The translations under genes were made by a program, and so were the position numbers. The notes beneath the pieces were generated by a model, which saw nothing but the letters and a program-made list of their open reading frames with translations, was not told the DNA's origin and did not search any database. From an uncultured virus (IMG/VR IMGVR_UViG_3300047491_000541) (taxonomy: Duplodnaviria > Heunggongvirae > Uroviricota > Caudoviricetes): 20,000 nucleotides of DNA. The stretch lies in the IMG/VR virus record IMGVR_UViG_3300047491_000541; one strand, given 5' to 3'. Of the stretch, positions 17,091 through 20,000 are shown in pieces; position 1 is the stretch's first letter; every line of letters begins with the position of its first letter.

Positions 17091-17138
17091 ACAATCACCC
17101 CTTTCTCATTACCGCCCCGCCACGGCCATTATTGGCCG
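17087..17138 (+). repeat. Leader repeat A copy 2
   Basis: See 16450-16502; lies between GCACAAC (17047) and GTTAGGC (17151). Confidence 0.95.
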
Positions 17139-17151
17139 GTAGCATTGGCGG

Positions 17152-17463
17152 TTAGGCTTGTTGCCATTCAGCCCCACAGTCCAGACATCGCGGCGGGTCC
17201 GACATGTGCGACACGCGACAGACGTGCCCTGTCGAACCAGCCACTTGAGCGGACGGAGTACCGCCGATCACTTGCACGTCCGCATCCGCGAGAGCCGCCC
17301 GCGCGAGGTCGCGCATGGCGCAGGCTGTCGTGTCGCCGTCCGCGAGCGCGTTGGCAGCGAACCGGCAGTCCTCTGAACATGCCATCAACCTATCGCACTC
17401 CGGGCAGGTCGCAATTGAGACAAGCGCGGCGTGCAATCCCTCGCACTTGCTGCATGTAGTCAT
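17152..17463 (-). CDS. Cys-rich protein, probable fusion across site 17231-17284
   Basis: CSKC, CPEC, CLDC; stop lies in GCCTAAC. Confidence 0.7.
   Translation of the reverse strand: MTTCSKCEGLHAALVSIATCPECDRLMACSEDCRFAANALADGDTTACAMRDLARAALADADVQVIGGTPSAQVAGSTGHVCRVSHMSDPPRCLDCGAEWQQA
17231..17284 (+). mobile_element. Degenerate attC-like site inside coding sequence
   Basis: GTCGAAC-CAGCC-ACTTGAGC-GG...CCGCCGATCAC-TTGCAC-GTCCGCA. Confidence 0.55.
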
Positions 17464-17515
17464 GACGTTTCCCCCATCCCCATTATTTGCCGTTCTTGCC
17501 GCATATCGGGCTGTT
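17437..17515 (+). repeat. Leader repeat B copy 1 (includes motif copy 6, RBS, MTTCSKCEG codons)
   Basis: 78/79 identical to 17947-18025. Confidence 0.95.
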
Positions 17516-17518
17516 CTG

Positions 17519-17680
17519 CTAATTGGCGTCGGAGTATCGCCCGCACGAGCCGCAATAGCGATGTATCTTCCCCGGCCTTTCCGGCGACGACAGGCGAAGC
17601 ATGTGTGTGCTCTTACAGAACTGGCACCGTCGAACAGGCCTCTTGAATTGACCGCTCACAGCGCGTTTATTTTTAGTCAT
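17519..17680 (-). CDS. Zinc-ribbon microprotein
   Basis: ATG 17680 after GGGGAGGG; CQFC...CGSC. Confidence 0.7.
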   Translation of the reverse strand: MTKNKRAVSGQFKRPVRRCQFCKSTHMLRLSSPERPGKIHRYCGSCGRYSDAN

Positions 17681-17731
17681 GACGTTTTCCCTCCCCATTA
17701 TTGGACGTTTCCGCATATCGGGCTGTTCGGC
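17674..17731 (+). repeat. Leader repeat B divergent copy (includes motif copy 7)
   Basis: TAGTCATGACGTTT...TCCCCATTATT...CCGCATATCGGGCT-GTTCGGC. Confidence 0.85.
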
Positions 17732-17973
17732 AATACAAGCCGGTAGCACGGGAACTCGCGGTCCATATCCAGCACCGGCAACATCGTTGACTTGCGAAAC
17801 CGAATGACATGCTGCGAGTCAACCGCGCGGGCGTGCCACTCGGTTCTGGTCTCTTTGCACAGGATGCCGTCTTTCGTCGGCTGATAGCATCCATAAGACG
17901 GAACAAGCCGAACCATGCGGTCCATATTACTCCCTCCCTGCGGTCTTCCCTCGCACTTGCTGCATGTAGTCAT
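17698..17973 (-). CDS. Hypothetical protein (alternative start MDRMV)
   Basis: First 9 aa identical to 17152..17463; ends PNSPICGNVQ in the motif. Confidence 0.65.
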   Translation of the reverse strand: MTTCSKCEGRPQGGSNMDRMVRLVPSYGCYQPTKDGILCKETRTEWHARAVDSQHVIRFRKSTMLPVLDMDREFPCYRLVLPNSPICGNVQ

Positions 17974-18029
17974 GACGTTTCCCCCATCCCCATTATTTGC
18001 CGTTCTTGCCGCGTATCGGGCTGTTGGCG
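17947..18029 (+). repeat. Leader repeat B copy 2 (includes motif copy 8)
   Basis: See 17437-17515; GTT at 18023. Confidence 0.95.
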
Positions 18030-18331
18030 ATCACCCGATTCTCTCCAGCACCAGCCGGTATTTTGTCACGTCCTTGGCCCACAGGATGGGCGGCCACTTG
18101 AGCCGGTGTGTTGGGCTGATACAACTTGAACCCCCACGCATTGCATTTGGCTGTAGCCTCTTCTTCTGACTTTTCGCCGGAGCATAAAGCCACCTTGTTG
18201 CGTGCTGAAACAGTACACCATCCCGTCTTGTGCGCTCGCTGGTGCTGGTTACAGTACACCCATGCGTCACCAAACTCTTTGAAGTCTTCCGTTTCGCGTT
18301 CCACCCGATGCTTCTTGAATCTCACGTTCAT
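17993..18331 (-). CDS. Hypothetical protein with tail reading through two GTT sites
   Basis: AGGAGG RBS; WVYCNQHQRAHKTGWC; sites at 18110 and 18023. Confidence 0.75.
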   Translation of the reverse strand: MNVRFKKHRVERETEDFKEFGDAWVYCNQHQRAHKTGWCTVSARNKVALCSGEKSEEEATAKCNAWGFKLYQPNTPAQVAAHPVGQGRDKIPAGAGENRVIANSPIRGKNGK

Positions 18332-18347
18332 CGTCCTCCTGTCGGAT

Positions 18348-18407
18348 GCCGAACAATGGCATCCAGTTTATCTCTCTTCGCTCGAAAACTGACGCCGAGC
18401 GTCATTG
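18348..18407 (+). mobile_element. attC-like site (60 bp)
   Basis: GCCGAAC-AATGG-CAT[C]CAGT ... ACTGACG-CCGAGC-GTCATTG; canonical spacers and extra C, GTT changed to GTC. Confidence 0.8.
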
Positions 18408-18420
18408 CCGCCCTTACACC

Positions 18421-18452
18421 CATACATTACCAAAATCCTGCCAAAATAAGGA
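18421..18452 (-). promoter_or_regulatory. Putative phage promoter (TCCTTA-17 bp-TAATGT)
   Basis: 24/30 identical to 1150-1179. Confidence 0.55.
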
Positions 18453-18488
18453 ATGAATCAGCATGCCAATGAATCCGCGCACTCGTGT

Positions 18489-18803
18489 TCAGACATTTCC
18501 GTCCTCCTTCTGAGGCTTCATTGGCCGCTCAATGCTAGTGTTGGCAACACAAGGCTCGCGCCCGTATTGAACGTATCCCACCAGTGCGAACAGCGAAGGA
18601 TTGTCGGCGTCCATCGTGCCGAGCAGGGCATCAGTGCCACGCCGTTCCTCAATCGTGCCGTCCTCGTATGCAATCTTGACCGTTCCGTCCTTCATCACTC
18701 CGACGCTGGACGTGCCGGTTATCATGTGCTCGATGGTCGGGGCTACAATCAGCAACCAGTGGCCATCTTTCAGCGTCGTCAGTCTCTCTTTGATCGTCTG
18801 CAT
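18489..18803 (-). CDS. Hypothetical protein
   Basis: AGGAGG RBS; tail ANTSIERP encoded by GCTCAAT-GCTAGT-GTTGGCA (GTT at 18540). Confidence 0.75.
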   Translation of the reverse strand: MQTIKERLTTLKDGHWLLIVAPTIEHMITGTSSVGVMKDGTVKIAYEDGTIEERRGTDALLGTMDADNPSLFALVGYVQYGREPCVANTSIERPMKPQKEDGNV

Positions 18804-18821
18804 GTTTCCTCCTATTCAGAT

Positions 18822-18903
18822 TGCCAACGCCGAGCATGGAGCGCTACGACGCTCCGCGCCGAAGCGTGAGCCTCGGCTCCGAAGCTGAGCTTGATCGTTG
18901 CCC
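18822..18903 (+). mobile_element. attC-like site (82 bp), intergenic
   Basis: TGCCAAC...CATGGAGC...GCTGAGC-TTGATC-GTTGCCC; left end pairs 8/8 with 18540. Confidence 0.8.
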
Positions 18904-19113
18904 TTATTCATACCACTTGGCCTGCTTGTCGAAGATCGCCACGCCGTCGCGGTATCCGAGTTCGACTAGCACGCGGCAAAGCACTTCATCCATGCGAATG
19001 TGCGCTATTACCTCGTCGCCTCCCACTTCTTTGCGTATCTTCTGCATATCGTCTCTGAACTGTTCTGGCGTTGTTATGTTCCCTTCCCGCTTGATAACTG
19101 TCCTCTTCATCAT
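18904..19113 (-). CDS. Hypothetical protein
   Basis: GAGG RBS; AHIRMDEVLCRVLVELGY...KWY. Confidence 0.8.
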   Translation of the reverse strand: MMKRTVIKREGNITTPEQFRDDMQKIRKEVGGDEVIAHIRMDEVLCRVLVELGYRDGVAIFDKQAKWYE

Positions 19114-19248
19114 ACCTCTCCCCACAGTAAGTCCAACCTTGCTTGCTGCTGAGCTTCTTCGACGGCTTCTTCATACCGTTGCTGTCTGAAGTCAGACAGC
19201 AAAGGAGCCAAGTCACCGTATTCGTCTCAAATACGTTCCCACTCAGCA

Positions 19249-19545
19249 TCAACCTTCGAGCAGTGTACCGCGCACCTCCCAGTATCCGGTGCGTCCATCC
19301 TTGCGCGAGTGCCTACGGCAAGGCAACCGGTCGCACAATTCTTGGTCTTCAAGAGCGAAGCACACCACGCAAGGCGATGTCCGTTCCATGTAGGACGCCT
19401 CGACGAACTCCAGCCGCCGCGTATCCAGCGCCGAGTTCTGATCTTCCGCCACCTCGACGCCACACGGCGCAACCGGCTGGGCGGCTGGCGGGCAAATAGC
19501 GTCAAGGATTCCTCGGACAGTCTGATTCACATGTCCGTTGCTCAC
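19249..19545 (-). CDS. Hypothetical Cys-rich protein
   Basis: ATG overlaps upstream gene end; CVVC...LCDRLPC. Confidence 0.65.
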   Translation of the reverse strand: MSNGHVNQTVRGILDAICPPAAQPVAPCGVEVAEDQNSALDTRRLEFVEASYMERTSPCVVCFALEDQELCDRLPCRRHSRKDGRTGYWEVRGTLLEG

Positions 19546-19742
19546 ATCGCACCGCCTTTCCGCTGATCGTCGGGCGTCTTCTCATCCCGCTTTGCTCTGG
19601 CGATCCAATACCGCAGCTTGGATACCCCGCTTTTCCCCTCGGCTTCGGCGCTGTCGAAATCTACAATCGCCACCTCGACACCCTTGCTTGCATACGCGAT
19701 CTCTACCACGCCACCACGTACGCTTATGACTACCTGGTTCAT
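19542..19742 (-). CDS. Hypothetical protein
   Basis: AAGGAG RBS; VVISVRGGVV...VAIVDFD. Confidence 0.75.
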   Translation of the reverse strand: MNQVVISVRGGVVEIAYASKGVEVAIVDFDSAEAEGKSGVSKLRYWIARAKRDEKTPDDQRKGGAM

Positions 19743-19767
19743 CGTCTTTCTCCTTTGGTTACGGAAC

Positions 19768-19825
19768 GCCCAGCAAGGCGCTCCCGTTGGCTCACTTCGT
19801 TTGCAATTGAGCTTGGTTGTTGGGC
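19768..19825 (+). mobile_element. attC-like site (58 bp)
   Basis: GCCCAGC-AAGGC-GCTCCCGT ... ATTGAGC-TTGGTT-GTTGGGC; 5/6 spacers. Confidence 0.8.
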
Positions 19826-19983
19826 GTATTACGTTCTAACCGCCTTTTCCCCATCGCTCGCCGCAGTATGTTCTCGGCGAACAACACATTCAACGTTTGG
19901 TGGCACAGTGACTCGGCATCCCGAGGACATACGTCGTCGGCAAGAACCACCTCGTCCCACACCTGTTGAAATGCGTTGGTCAT
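19792..19983 (-). CDS. Hypothetical protein (may start beyond window edge)
   Basis: ORF track; stop lies within site 19768-19825. Confidence 0.55.
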   Translation of the reverse strand: MTNAFQQVWDEVVLADDVCPRDAESLCHQTLNVLFAENILRRAMGKRRLERNTPNNQAQLQTK

Positions 19984-20000
19984 TATCAGGTCAATGTGCT

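Noticed and set aside
16450..18029. Repeats as a CRISPR array
   Set aside because: Intervals are hundreds of bp and code for proteins; no uniform spacers or cas genes.
19490..19543. Complete attC at the start of 19249..19545
   Set aside because: Left end matches 18897 (6/7) but the L boxes pair poorly; used only as weak supporting evidence.
1..20000. Integrase, transposase, tRNA or rRNA genes
   Set aside because: No ORF with tyrosine-recombinase or DDE motifs and no cloverleaf or rRNA-like sequence recognised.

Overview
Phage-like window: about 45 short, tightly packed genes almost all on the minus strand, with many ATGA/TAATG overlaps and no host housekeeping, virion, rRNA, tRNA or CRISPR features. 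Recognisable products are a P-loop (AAA_33-like) kinase, a beta-class N4/N6 DNA methyltransferase, an RmlC-family epimerase, an SGNH/GDSL hydrolase and a partial CxxCGxCC (YkgJ-like) protein; the rest are hypothetical, many Cys-rich. The window has an AT-richer core (~2.5-12.5 kb) and two GC-richer flanks. The flanks look like integron-style gene cassette arrays: about 20 attC-like sites, with each unit's left GTT core matching the AAC inverse core at its right end (up to 11/11 bp). Unusually, the genes are antisense to canonical attC polarity, ORFs begin, end or run through the sites, some sites hold the RBS and ATG in their loop, and a conserved non-palindromic motif (CCGCATATCGGRCT-GTT, 8 copies) may act as an attI-like site. 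No integrase is in the window. All sites were read by eye.
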